The notes under the pieces were generated by a model, which saw only the letters and a list, made by a program, of their open reading frames with translations, had not been told where the DNA came from and did no database searches. A stretch of DNA of 64,000 nt from Lentisphaeria bacterium. GTDB taxonomy: Bacteria; Verrucomicrobiota; Lentisphaeria; JABSQK01; JAWLHB01. Positions 25,996 to 35,709 of the stretch are shown here, in pieces. Position 1 is the stretch's first letter; every line of letters begins with the position of its first letter. The position numbers were made by a program, and so were the translations under genes. The DNA is taken from the NCBI GenBank assembly GCA_041690595.1, contig JAWLHB010000031.1, forward strand, positions 1 through 64,000, written 5' to 3'.

Positions 25996-27183
25996 CTACT
26001 CGTTGAGGTGAAGGATGAGACGCTGCTTGCCGCCGCCCTGCGAGGGACCAAGCTCCGCACGTATGTCGCCGTATTCCTTGATCATCTCGGCAGCGATGCG
26101 GCATTCATCGCTGGTCATCAGCGGCATCTTGACGGGCTCGCCCCACATGCGAACTTCCTTGGCAGCATCGTTGACCTGGAGGCGAAGACGATCGCCTGAT
26201 TCGGAGCCACCGCGCGCCGCAGGCTCGCGACGCTCTTCACGCGGGGGCTGTTCGCGGCGCTCTTCGCGCGGGGGCTGTTCGCGACGCTCTTCGCGCGCGG
26301 GTTGTTCGCGACGCTCTTCACGCGGGGGCTGTTCGCGACGCTCTTCACGCGGGGGCTGTTCGCGGCGCTCTTCGCGCGGGGGCTGTTCCCGGCGCTCTTC
26401 GCGCGGGGGCTGTTCGCGACGCTCTTCACGCGGGGGCTGTTCGCGACGCTCTTCGCGCGGGGGCTGTTCGCGACGCTCTTCGCGCGGGGGCTGCTCGCGG
26501 CGCTCTTCGCGCGGGGGCTGTTCGCGACGCTCTTCGCGCGGGGGCTGCTCGCGGCGCTCTTCGCGCGGGGGCTGCTCGCGGCGCTCTTCGCGCGGGGGCT
26601 GTTCGCGGCGCTCTTCGCGCGGGGGCTGTTCGCGACGCTCTTCACGCGGGGGCTGTTCGCGACGCTCTTCACGCGGGGGCTGTTCGCGACGCTCTTCACG
26701 CGGGGGCTGTTCGCGACGCTCTTCGCGCGGGGGCTGTTCGCGACGCTCTTCACCACGATCCTCTCCACGAGGGCCACGATCCCTTCCGCGACCACCACGA
26801 CCACGACCGCCACGGCGGCGGCTGCGGCCTTCGCGAGCCTCGTCGCTCTGGCCTTCTCTGGGACTGTCGTCATCGTCGGCATCGCCGGCCTCGTCATCAT
26901 CCCGGCCTTCGCTTTCACGTTCCTGGCGATAGTCGTCGACATCGATGAGAACGCGGGGAAAGTCGTCGGAGTCTTTGCGAAGGATGTTGTTGAGGAGGGT
27001 CTGAATAGAGGAAAGGGTGCGTCCTTTGCGGCCGATGAGGCGGCCGGGGTCATCGCTTTCTACCTTGAGGCGGATGCGGTCGCTGTCGACAGCGGCCGTT
27101 GCCTTGGCGGAAAGACCAAGCAGATTGACGAACTTGTGAAAGGCAACGATGCTTTCATCCAACTGCTCTTGAGAGATCGGCAT
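25996..27183 (-). CDS. jag: Jag/KhpB(EloR)-like RNA-binding protein: KH domain, long charged repeat linker, degenerate R3H domain
   Basis: GRLIGRKGRTLSSIQ KH GxxG loop, VLIDVDDYR; immediately downstream of yidC; C-terminal GEPVKMPLMTSDECRI. Confidence 0.8.
   Translation of the reverse strand: MPISQEQLDESIVAFHKFVNLLGLSAKATAAVDSDRIRLKVESDDPGRLIGRKGRTLSSIQTLLNNILRKDSDDFPRVLIDVDDYRQERESEGRDDDEAGDADDDDSPREGQSDEAREGRSRRRGGRGRGGRGRDRGPRGEDRGEERREQPPREERREQPPREERREQPPREERREQPPREERREQPPREERREQPPREERREQPPREERREQPPREERREQPPREERREQPPREERREQPPREERREQPPREERREQPPREERREQPPREERREQPPREERREQPPREERREQPAREERREQPPREERREQPPREERREPAARGGSESGDRLRLQVNDAAKEVRMWGEPVKMPLMTSDECRIAAEMIKEYGDIRAELGPSQGGGKQRLILHLNE
26226..26752 (-). 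repeat. 27-bp coding tandem repeat, about 19.5 copies, encoding EERREQPPR
   Basis: Contiguous units with no spacers; copy differences are almost all synonymous in the Jag frame, with one PPR>PAR change. Confidence 0.95.
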
Positions 27184-27248
27184 GCGGGGGTGTCTCCTTG
27201 ATGAGTGACGGGCAAGATTCGGGCAATGTGGCCGCCCAGCCAATAGGG

Positions 27249-29273
27249 TCAGGCAGATTTTGCCGTGGCGGCGGCTTCAGCTTCTCTTTTGTCCATGATG
27301 TTATGAGTAATACGGTATTGAAAGATGTTCAATATCTGGTTTGCGGTCCAATAAAGAGTCAATCCTGAAGGCATGGTATAGAGGAAGATGATCATCATGC
27401 CGGACATGACCATCATCATGCGCTGCTGGGAAGGATCGGCGCTGGTCGGGACGACCTTCATCTGCAGGACCATGGAGATGCCCATGAGGAGGGCGAGCGG
27501 ATTGATGGGCAGCCCCAGCAGCGGGATGTGGGCGATGGTGTCGGGGAGGGCAAGATCAGTGGCCCAGAGGAAGGAAGCGTGACGCAGTTCGACCGCATTG
27601 CGCAGCACGTTGAAGAGCGCAAAGAAGGCTGGAATCTGAACGAATGCCGGCAGGCAGCCGCTGATTGGGTTGACCTTGTGCTGCCGGTACAGCTCCATGG
27701 TCTTCTCCTGCAGCTTGCGAGGATCCTGCTTGTACTTCTCGCGCAGCTCTTTCGCCAGGGGCTGAATGGCCTGCATCTTCCGCGACATCACCGTGCTCTT
27801 GTGCGTGACAGGCCAGAAGAGCAGGCGCAGGATGAGGGTGATGAGCATGATGGCGATGCCATAACTGTGCGTCATCCCGTGAAAGGTGGTGAGGAGCCAG
27901 AGGATGCCGCGCGAGATGTACTCGAACCAGGTGAGGCGCATGAAGAGGAAGCTGTCGAACTGCATCAGCGACTCCTTGTTGTCGCCAAGGGCGAGCAAGG
28001 TCTTGAAGCGCTTGGGACCCGTGTAGAGGGTCAGGTCGTACGTCGCGCTTTCACCAGGGGAGAGCAGATCGCCGGGCAGATAGACGTAGCCGACGATGTG
28101 CGGCTCGGGAAGCACAAAGTCCTTCTCCCGGAGCAGAGTCGAGGAGACGGACGTCGTGGCGCCGATGTACTCTGGCGCGGTAGCGCGGATCACCATCTCG
28201 GGCGGCAGGCTGGTGATGGCAACATCCTCGGCCAACTGAACTTGGAAGGTGGCCGATGAGGCATATTTGGGGAGATGGACGCGGGCCGGAACCGACACCG
28301 CGCTATCGTCACCCGCGGCCAGCTCGACAGTCAGCGCGCGGCTGGCGTCGCCGAGGCGAGCGACGACACCGCGGTAGCTCCGCGGGGCGATGGGCTGCGC
28401 ATAGATGGCCATGGCGAGTTCAGACGCGGAACCGCCATCGATACCGCTGAAGGCGCTCTCGCCGGAGATGATGGTGGCGAAGTACTTGTTCTGAGTGGCG
28501 AGCCAGCGGGTATCGGTGGTTTTCCATTCAAGGCGGTCCTCGGCGTCTGCCTTGCCAAGCGCCTTGAGGGCCAGGGTCTTCGGATCCTTCTTCCCGATGG
28601 GAAGGTAGTCGATGCGCTGGTCCATGCCAGCCGCCCCCATGAAGCCTTTGGGCGTACCGAGATCGGGAATGACCCCGGCGCGCAGCCGCAGCGATTCCAC
28701 TTCGACTGGCGCCTCTCCCACATTGCGAAGACTGACAACACATCGGAGCTGATAGGTATCCGGAACAATGGTGTACGTCTGCTCGAGAATGAGCGGGCGC
28801 CCAAGAACCTGCCGGGCGACGGTGAAGCCGTCGGCCTCCTGGCGGGTGACGCGGGCTTGGCTGAAGCGCCATTCGCCATCTTCCGGCTGCACAACCATCA
28901 TTGGCAAGTCGGCGGAGCCCAGAGTAATATCCATGTCGGGCAGGTCAATGGTAGCAATACCGCCGGTTTCCGGCAGAAAGGTAAAGACGGCTTCATCCGT
29001 GGTGAGGACAACGGGTTCCGCGGGCTCCAGATCGGTGAAGTCATCGAGCAGCGAAGGATCCGCCTGGGGCGCTTGACCGGCCACGGCTTCACCGCTTGGG
29101 CGGGGCTCGACATCGGGTTGGGACAGGGCACCCGGATCGGGCTGTACTTCACCCGCGACATCGTCTTCGTAAAGAGGGTAGGGAGGAGCGGGCTGCTGCT
29201 TGGTGAGCAGCGTGAAGCCATAGACCGTCACGACGGCAGCGATCACGAGCAACAGGTAGTCTTTTTTGTCCAT
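27249..29273 (-). CDS. yidC: Membrane protein insertase YidC
   Basis: YTGPK, YGIAIMLITLILRLLFWP, KMQAIQP, NPISGCLP, DLALPD, PSGLTLYW; synteny with yidD/rnpA. Confidence 0.95.
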   Translation of the reverse strand: MDKKDYLLLVIAAVVTVYGFTLLTKQQPAPPYPLYEDDVAGEVQPDPGALSQPDVEPRPSGEAVAGQAPQADPSLLDDFTDLEPAEPVVLTTDEAVFTFLPETGGIATIDLPDMDITLGSADLPMMVVQPEDGEWRFSQARVTRQEADGFTVARQVLGRPLILEQTYTIVPDTYQLRCVVSLRNVGEAPVEVESLRLRAGVIPDLGTPKGFMGAAGMDQRIDYLPIGKKDPKTLALKALGKADAEDRLEWKTTDTRWLATQNKYFATIISGESAFSGIDGGSASELAMAIYAQPIAPRSYRGVVARLGDASRALTVELAAGDDSAVSVPARVHLPKYASSATFQVQLAEDVAITSLPPEMVIRATAPEYIGATTSVSSTLLREKDFVLPEPHIVGYVYLPGDLLSPGESATYDLTLYTGPKRFKTLLALGDNKESLMQFDSFLFMRLTWFEYISRGILWLLTTFHGMTHSYGIAIMLITLILRLLFWPVTHKSTVMSRKMQAIQPLAKELREKYKQDPRKLQEKTMELYRQHKVNPISGCLPAFVQIPAFFALFNVLRNAVELRHASFLWATDLALPDTIAHIPLLGLPINPLALLMGISMVLQMKVVPTSADPSQQRMMMVMSGMMIIFLYTMPSGLTLYWTANQILNIFQYRITHNIMDKREAEAAATAKSA

Positions 29274-29285
29274 TGGAGATACAGG

Positions 29286-29570
29286 TCAACCGCTGCGGTT
29301 GGCTTCCTTGGGCTGATGGGTCGGTGGTTCGGAAGGCGGGGCTGGCGGTTCGGGTACAGGATCGAACCCACCGGGATGAAAGGGATGACATTTCCCGATT
29401 CGGCATATTCCCAGCCAGACGCCGCGCAGAACGCCAAAACGGTGTATGGCCTCACGGGTATATTGGGAACACGAGGGGGAGAAGCGGCAGGATGGTGGGA
29501 GCCAGACGGAAAGCGTGCACTGATACAGCCAGATGAGCCCGCCAGCCAGTCGTCTGGGCCACATCATCAT
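29286..29570 (-). CDS. yidD: Membrane protein insertion efficiency factor
   Basis: [31 protein letters not shown]. Confidence 0.95.
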   Translation of the reverse strand: MMMWPRRLAGGLIWLYQCTLSVWLPPSCRFSPSCSQYTREAIHRFGVLRGVWLGICRIGKCHPFHPGGFDPVPEPPAPPSEPPTHQPKEANRSG

Positions 29571-29992
29571 GATCCGCTCCCGCTCTCGAAGAGGTCAGCC
29601 TTGCGCAATGCCCGCAGAAGGTCATCCTGCATCTCCTGCATGGTCGCATCGTGCGCATGCTGGCGTGCGATCGTCACCAGCCAGACAGGTTGCGTGATGC
29701 CATGTCGCACCAGTCGGTAGGCTTCCCGCATGAGACGGCGTGCCCGATTGCGGCCAACGGCGCGTCGATCGAAGCGTCGGGTCACGATCATGCCCAAGCG
29801 GGTTTGTCCGTCGGGGGCCGGGACATAACCGAGCACCAGACGTCGCATGGCAAAGCTCTTGCCGTGCGTGCGCACGTAAGCGAACTCGGAGCCAAAACGC
29901 AGGAAATCCTGGCGGCGGATGGAACCGTCGCCGATTTGTCTCAGCTCCCTATCCCCGTGCGGGTGCGGCGTCCGTGTCGGGCGCATGATCAT
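29567..29992 (-). CDS. rnpA: Ribonuclease P protein component
   Basis: [22 protein letters not shown] (RNR motif); lies between rpmH and yidD; start uncertain. Confidence 0.9.
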   Translation of the reverse strand: MIMRPTRTPHPHGDRELRQIGDGSIRRQDFLRFGSEFAYVRTHGKSFAMRRLVLGYVPAPDGQTRLGMIVTRRFDRRAVGRNRARRLMREAYRLVRHGITQPVWLVTIARQHAHDATMQEMQDDLLRALRKADLFESGSGS

Positions 29993-30029
29993 ATCTCGCG
30001 TTGAGCCGAATGGCAATACAAGCGCAGGC

Positions 30030-30167
30030 TCAGGCCGGAGTCAGGCGTTTGCGACCCTTCTGGCGACGGCGCTTGATGATGGCGCGGCCGTTGCTGGTGC
30101 TCATACGGGCGCGGAAGCCGAGCTTGCGCTTGCGGCGAATCTTGGATGGCTGAAAGGTACGCTTCAT
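30030..30167 (-). CDS. rpmH: 50S ribosomal protein L34 (45 aa, absent from the ORF track)
   Basis: Manual translation [55 protein letters not shown]. Confidence 0.97.
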   Translation of the reverse strand: MKRTFQPSKIRRKRKLGFRARMSTSNGRAIIKRRRQKGRKRLTPA

Positions 30168-30291
30168 GGCAACTCTTCCTTGTCAAAGCTTGCGTTGTGA
30201 CGACCTGCCGCGGCACGGCCTCCTGGCAGGGCAGGGCATAGGCGGAAAAAGCAGGCGTCGAATGAATGGATTACGGAAAATCAGAACCAAT

Positions 30292-30319
30292 AAGTTATAC
30301 GAAGCGCGTGGCATGTCAA
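30292..30319 (-). promoter_or_regulatory. Putative rpmH promoter
   Basis: Minus strand TTGACA, 16-nt spacer, TAACTT (overlapping TATAAC). Confidence 0.5.
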
Positions 30320-30410
30320 CCAGAATCCAGAAAAAGATCATGCCTCGGATTTCTTGCGGCGATCTGATCGTCTGCTACTGTAGCACGCTATGGCGGATTT
30401 TCACGTGAGT

Positions 30411-31094
30411 ATGAAGCGGGAGCCGAGTATACTTGAGCCCTTTCGCCGGCAGTTGCCGGTCGGCACGGCCCAGCGGATCACCTTTTTCGGTGATTCGATC
30501 AGCGAGCTTGACCGGTCGCCGGCCTGGTTTGGCGGCGCGTCCCTGCGCGCCGCTCACTATGGCGAGAGCTGCGTTCGGCTGATTCGCCGGATGGTTCCGG
30601 CAAGCCTGGTGCAGACGGTATATCTTGGTCGCGGCGGAGAGAATACCCGGGATGGGTTGCTTCGGCTTGGCCAGGTGCAGGAGGTGGCGCCGGCGGTGGC
30701 GGTGGTGGCCTTCGGCGCCAACGATCTGGATCATCGCCCGCTTTCCGCGGCGGAGAGCGCGGTGGCCTTGCGGCAACTTCTGGAGGAGCTGCTGGCGCAC
30801 GAGGTGCCGGCGGTGGTCATGGCGGCGGCGAGCGGCGATCCGTCCCTTGCCCGATGGGCGGGGGCTGGTGAACTGGTGGCAACCCAGGCAGAGCTTTGCG
30901 CCACGCTGAATCTCCCCTTCGTCAATACCTGGCAGGAACTCTACTGGCGCAAGATTGCCGGCGATACCTGGTCCCGCTACTGCGCCGGTCCCGACGATTG
31001 TCACCCCAACGACAGGGGACATGCCCTCTGGGGCCATCTGCTGGCGGAGTGCCTGCTGGGCCAGGAGATCGACACTGGCCAAGAGGGCCAGTGA
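30411..31094 (+). CDS. SGNH/GDSL hydrolase
   Basis: FFGDSIS, FGAND, DDCHPNDRGH; start uncertain (30390 or 30411). Confidence 0.85.
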   Translation: MKREPSILEPFRRQLPVGTAQRITFFGDSISELDRSPAWFGGASLRAAHYGESCVRLIRRMVPASLVQTVYLGRGGENTRDGLLRLGQVQEVAPAVAVVAFGANDLDHRPLSAAESAVALRQLLEELLAHEVPAVVMAAASGDPSLARWAGAGELVATQAELCATLNLPFVNTWQELYWRKIAGDTWSRYCAGPDDCHPNDRGHALWGHLLAECLLGQEIDTGQEGQ

Positions 31095-31112
31095 GCCGAA
31101 ATGCGCGCTCGC

Positions 31113-32234
31113 CTACGCCTCGGTTCTGGCCGGCGCGAGGGAGGCCTTGAAGTGGATCGTCGGGACGTGGCGCACCTGATTGTGCGGCAGCGCCTCTCCA
31201 TCCATCAGGCGGCGGAGCATGCCGCCGGCGATGGCGTAGCGCTCATGGATATCGGGTTCGGCCAGCGGGGCGGTGAGCGGGACGGGGTGACTGTGCGGGA
31301 GGCAGTCGATCAGGGCCATCAAGCTGATGTCGTTCGGCACGTTGTAGCCCGCCGCGGTCAGGTCGCGATAGACGGCCTGCGCCATGATCTCGTCATTGAC
31401 CAGGAAGCAGGTGGGCATCGGCGAAAGGCGCAGGATCGGCGAGGTATCGATCGGGAAGCGACCGTCAGCTTCGCACAGATCCAACTCGACGACGCGATTC
31501 ATGGAGGTAAGCAACCCATAGCGCCGACAGGCCAGTTGATAGGATCCCTCCAGGGGGCGCTGCTCCAACGGTTCCGGCTCCACACCCTCGTCCAACGGCG
31601 TCCTCCAGGCGACGGATGCCAGTTTCTTGTGACCGAAACGGTACGCTTCGTGAATCAGGCGGCAATACAACTCGGCGTAATCCACCTGCACGTGCGGGAA
31701 ATCGGGCGGCAGGTCACCGACTCCAAGGCTGACCATCGGTACACCGGAGTCGCGCAGGACCGCCTGGTCATCCTCCGCCATGAAGCCCTGGTAGAGCAGT
31801 CCATCCACACCCCGGCGGCGAAGATTGCGGAAAAGCTCCTTACGCTCGAGAGCACTGGTGATATCGAGCAGTTCGATGCGAAAGTCACGTTGTGGAAAGA
31901 ACTGCCTGGCACCGGCCAGACACGACTCCATCCGCAAAAGATGAAGCACGTTCGACTGCACCGCAATGGCCACATTTCGCAACCGGTTCTTCCGCTCCGC
32001 GCTACGCTCCGCCAGGTTGGTGACAAAGGTACCGGCGCCGATATGCCGCTCGATCAATCCCTCCTGCACAAGTGCCGCCAGCCCCCGGCGCACTGTCACG
32101 TGCCCCATCTTGAGTTCCTTCGCCAGGGCACGTTCCGAGGGGAGCGGATCGCCGGCCCGCAGGCATTGCCGATGTATCAGGTCGCGCACGTGAACCGCGG
32201 CGCGGCGGGACTGGGTGGACAAGAGGACGGCCAT
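31113..32234 (-). CDS. GntR-family regulator with LacI-like effector domain
   Basis: GDPLPSERALAKELKMGHVTVRRGL..L..EGLIERHIGAGTFV; VPNDISL. Confidence 0.88.
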   Translation of the reverse strand: MAVLLSTQSRRAAVHVRDLIHRQCLRAGDPLPSERALAKELKMGHVTVRRGLAALVQEGLIERHIGAGTFVTNLAERSAERKNRLRNVAIAVQSNVLHLLRMESCLAGARQFFPQRDFRIELLDITSALERKELFRNLRRRGVDGLLYQGFMAEDDQAVLRDSGVPMVSLGVGDLPPDFPHVQVDYAELYCRLIHEAYRFGHKKLASVAWRTPLDEGVEPEPLEQRPLEGSYQLACRRYGLLTSMNRVVELDLCEADGRFPIDTSPILRLSPMPTCFLVNDEIMAQAVYRDLTAAGYNVPNDISLMALIDCLPHSHPVPLTAPLAEPDIHERYAIAGGMLRRLMDGEALPHNQVRHVPTIHFKASLAPARTEA

Positions 32235-32337
32235 TGGCGATACGAACTCCAGAGAGGGGGATGCATGAATAGCATTATGATAGCGGCTCGCCAGAGATTC
32301 GTCAAGGCCCAACATGAAGAGCGTGAAGAGCGCCAAC

Positions 32338-33432
32338 TCACGGCACGTCGCGGGCATCGCCGGGGGGGAGAGTCCAGAATTCTTCAGGCGAGAGCCCCTC
32401 ATGCCGCAGAGCTTCGGCAAGGGCCTCGACTGGCGCGTCGATGCCTTCGTCGCTGAGTTGCCAGGTGCCGTAATGGACACCGAGGGAGATGCCGGCCCCG
32501 AGAAGACGGTGGGCGCTCACCGCTTCCGCGGGATTGATGTGCGAATCCTTCATGAACCACCGCGGTTCGTAGGCGCCGATCGGCAGAATGAGCAGCCGCG
32601 GCGGCCCGAAGCGGTCGCGAACCTGCTGAAAATGAGAGCCCCAGCCGGTATCCCCGGCGTAGTAGACGATTCCCGCGGGCGTCTCCAGCACAAAGCCGCA
32701 CCAGAGCGTCTTCATGCGATCCTGGGTGCCGCGGCCCGACCAGTGGGCAGCGGGTATCACCGTCAGGGTAACCTCCTCGCTGAGGCGAACTTCATCCCAC
32801 CAGTCGACATCGACACCACCGGCGATCTTCTCCTTGTCGAGCAGGGCGGTATTGCCCAGCGGCAGATAGATGGCGGGTGCCGGGGAGCGTTGCGCAAGGC
32901 GGCGTAGGGTGGGGATATCCAGGTGGTCGTAATGATTGTGGGTGACCAGTACGGCGTCAATGCGCGGCAGGTCATCAAAGCGCAGGCCGGGATCGATGGC
33001 GCGCTTCGGCCCCGCCCAGCTAACCGGGCTGACCCGCTCCGACCAGACGGGATCCGTGAGAATGTTGAGCCCTGCGACCTGAAGCAGAACGGTCGCGTGG
33101 TTGACGAAGGTGACGCGGAGGCGATCTCCATCGACCTGGGAGAGTGGCGGAGCACCGGGAGGATTCCCCCGGCGGTCCGGCCACTCGGCGCCATCGCTGG
33201 TGAAGCGCCACTTCATGACGTCGCGAAAGCTCTTGCGTTGGTAGGGATCCTGATTGCGGAAGGTCGTTCCGTCAAAGTGGTCGGAGATCGGGCCGCGGTA
33301 GGCTGGAGCGGAGAACCTGCATCCGGTCATGGTGATGCCGCCGATACCAAGCGCGAGAATACCGCTCACACTGGCCAGCCAGAATCTTGGATTTCTCAGA
33401 GCCTGCCGCGGATGGCGCGGAATCGTCGACAT
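32338..33432 (-). CDS. MBL-fold metallohydrolase (NAPE-PLD/RomA-like)
   Basis: SDHFDG..FRN, NHAT, LTDPVWS, THNHYDHLD, AGDTG, LPIGAYEPRWFM..H, VHYGT. Confidence 0.9.
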   Translation of the reverse strand: MSTIPRHPRQALRNPRFWLASVSGILALGIGGITMTGCRFSAPAYRGPISDHFDGTTFRNQDPYQRKSFRDVMKWRFTSDGAEWPDRRGNPPGAPPLSQVDGDRLRVTFVNHATVLLQVAGLNILTDPVWSERVSPVSWAGPKRAIDPGLRFDDLPRIDAVLVTHNHYDHLDIPTLRRLAQRSPAPAIYLPLGNTALLDKEKIAGGVDVDWWDEVRLSEEVTLTVIPAAHWSGRGTQDRMKTLWCGFVLETPAGIVYYAGDTGWGSHFQQVRDRFGPPRLLILPIGAYEPRWFMKDSHINPAEAVSAHRLLGAGISLGVHYGTWQLSDEGIDAPVEALAEALRHEGLSPEEFWTLPPGDARDVP

Positions 33433-33495
33433 GTGCTTCCTCCCGTGGACGTAATGTGTACCGAAAACTATGTACAAAGCAAGCCCTGTCGAGCA

Positions 33496-33524
33496 TTGAC
33501 GCAAGGGGGAGGGACGACTACAGT
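33496..33524 (+). promoter_or_regulatory. Putative sigma70 promoter
   Basis: TTGACG, 17-nt spacer, TACAGT upstream of the glycoside hydrolase. Confidence 0.5.
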
Positions 33525-33577
33525 CTGCATCCACATCTCGCCGCTTTCAACCCGCCGTCAGCCAGGAGCTGCAAGCC

Positions 33578-35572
33578 ATGAGCCCCGATTTTCTTCCGTT
33601 CCGTCAGGTCCACCTCGACTTTCACACCCACGGCGATATCGAGGGCATCGGGGCCGACTTCGACGCCGACACCTTCGGCGAGACGCTGGCGCAGGCGCGG
33701 GTGAACTCGATCAACCTCTTCGCGCGTGGTCACCACGGCTACGTCTATTACGAGACGGAAGCTTTTGCCGACCGCATGCACCCGCATCTGAGCTGCAACC
33801 TCCTGGCTCAGCAGCTCGACGCCTGTCATGCGCGCGGTATCAAGGCGACGGCTTACATCACGGTACAGTGGGATATGCTCACCGCGCAGGAGCATCCGGA
33901 GTGGCTGGTGATCGATCCCACCGGCAAGTACTCCGGCCATGGTCTTTATGACGCCGGCTTCTACAATCGCATCTGCCTCAACACCCCGTACGTCGACTTC
34001 CTGAAAGCTTTCACCGCCGACGTGATGGAGAAGCTGCCGGCGGACGGGATCTGGTACGACATCGTTTCGGCCTGCGACTGCTCCTGCCGCTGGTGCCGGA
34101 CGGGCATGCTGGAGGAAGGACTCGATCCCTCCGACCCAGAGGTGCGGCGCGCCTATGGGGTCAAGGTGCTCCACACCTTTCAGCGTGAGATGAGCGACTT
34201 CGTGCGCGCCCGCAAAGCCGATGCGCTCGTCTTCTTCAACGCGGGCCATGTGGGGCCGTCGAATCGCGCCACGCTCGACTCGTACAGCCACCTGGAGTTG
34301 GAGAGTCTGCCCACCGGTGGCTGGGGCTACATTCACTTCCCGGTCACCTCCCGTTATGCCCGAACACTCGACAAGGACTATCTGGGCATGACCGGCAAGT
34401 TCCACACCTCGTGGGGCGACTTTCATTCGTTCAAGAACCAGGCCGCACTGGAGTACGAATGCTTCATGATGCTGGCGCTCAACGCCAAATGTTGCGTCGG
34501 CGATCAGCTGCATCCGCGGGGGGTCCTCTGCCCGCACACATACGACCTCATTGGCGCGGTCTACAGCCAGGTGGAGGCACGCGAGGCCTATTGCCGCGAT
34601 GCCCGCCCAATCGTGGACATCGGGGTGCTCACCCCCGAGGAATTTGCCGGCGGCTCCCACGCCAGCCAGCCGAAGGCGATCATGGGGGTCACCCGCATTC
34701 TTCAGGAGTCGCGTCATCAATTCGACATCATCGACACCAAGGCGAGCTTTGAAGGGTACAAACTGCTCATCCTTCCCGACAGCATACCCGTCGACGAGAG
34801 CCTGAAGGCCAAACTACAGCAGTACCTGGCCGACGGCGGTGCCCTGATCGCCAGTCACCGTTCCGGACTCGATCCCAAGGGAGAATCCTTCCAGCTTCCC
34901 GTCGGCGCCCGGTACGAAGGAGAGGCCGACTTCACCCCCGTTTTTGTTGCCCCTGTCGACGCTGACTTCGGGCGTGATCTGCGCCCAACGGAGCATGTCA
35001 TGTACCTGACAGGCACCAGGGTTTCAGCGACGGACGGTGCGACGGTACTGGCGGAGAGTCTGGCGCCTTACTTCAACCGCGGCTGGCGCCAGTTCTGCTC
35101 GCATCGCCATGCGCCCAGCTCCGGCCAGAGCGCCGGCCCCGCCGTGGTGCGCCATGGCCAGGCGATCTACTTTGCGCAGCCGATCTTCACCCAGTACCAG
35201 CAGAATGCGCCACGCTGGTGCCGCACGATGGTGGAGAATGCGATCGCCATGCTGCTGCCCGAACCGCTCCTGCGGCTCAGCGGACCGCATACGCTGATGG
35301 CCGCCGTCAACGAGCAGCCCGCGGCGCATCGCCAGTTGGTTCACCTGCTGCACTATGTGCCCGTCCGCAACAACGACAGCATCGATATCGTGGAAGACCA
35401 CCTGCCGGTGGACAGCCTGGCGGTCTCCCTGCGGGTGGATGGCAAAGTACGGGGAGTCACGATGGTGCCGGAGCTGGAAGGCCTTCCCTTCGAGCAGGAG
35501 GGCCGGCGCGTGAACGTGGTCCTTCCCCGCCTGGATGGCTACCAGATTCTTGCCGTCGATCTGGAGGACTGA
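33578..35572 (+). CDS. Putative glycoside hydrolase (GHL6-like TIM barrel with beta-galactosidase trimerisation-like domain)
   Basis: RQVHLDFHT, FARGHHG..YY, HPEWL, ICLNTPY, DGIWYD, ELESLPTGGWGY, KFHTSWGDF. Confidence 0.75.
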   Translation: MSPDFLPFRQVHLDFHTHGDIEGIGADFDADTFGETLAQARVNSINLFARGHHGYVYYETEAFADRMHPHLSCNLLAQQLDACHARGIKATAYITVQWDMLTAQEHPEWLVIDPTGKYSGHGLYDAGFYNRICLNTPYVDFLKAFTADVMEKLPADGIWYDIVSACDCSCRWCRTGMLEEGLDPSDPEVRRAYGVKVLHTFQREMSDFVRARKADALVFFNAGHVGPSNRATLDSYSHLELESLPTGGWGYIHFPVTSRYARTLDKDYLGMTGKFHTSWGDFHSFKNQAALEYECFMMLALNAKCCVGDQLHPRGVLCPHTYDLIGAVYSQVEAREAYCRDARPIVDIGVLTPEEFAGGSHASQPKAIMGVTRILQESRHQFDIIDTKASFEGYKLLILPDSIPVDESLKAKLQQYLADGGALIASHRSGLDPKGESFQLPVGARYEGEADFTPVFVAPVDADFGRDLRPTEHVMYLTGTRVSATDGATVLAESLAPYFNRGWRQFCSHRHAPSSGQSAGPAVVRHGQAIYFAQPIFTQYQQNAPRWCRTMVENAIAMLLPEPLLRLSGPHTLMAAVNEQPAAHRQLVHLLHYVPVRNNDSIDIVEDHLPVDSLAVSLRVDGKVRGVTMVPELEGLPFEQEGRRVNVVLPRLDGYQILAVDLED

Positions 35573-35709
35573 ACCGCAGCTTCCTGCCAGACCGCTGATG
35601 CGATTGATGCGATTTCGGGATGGGCTTGTAGTTTTTCGCCTATTGCAGTAGTTTTACAGTGAAACTTAAGTGGTATGAGCCACTAAAAACTCCACTGTAG
35701 AGGTGAGCA

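Noticed and set aside
26226..26752. 27-bp repeat array as a CRISPR array
   Set aside because: The units are contiguous with no unique spacers, lie in frame within jag, vary mainly at synonymous positions, and no cas genes are present.
26015..27201. Alternative-frame repeat ORFs (SSRGGCSRR, LFARGLFAT, KSVANSPR)
   Set aside because: By-products of a stop-free 27-bp repeat; only the Jag frame has recognisable flanking domains.
30168..30410. oriC upstream of rpmH
   Set aside because: No dnaA and no recognisable TTATCCACA box cluster; only a plausible promoter.
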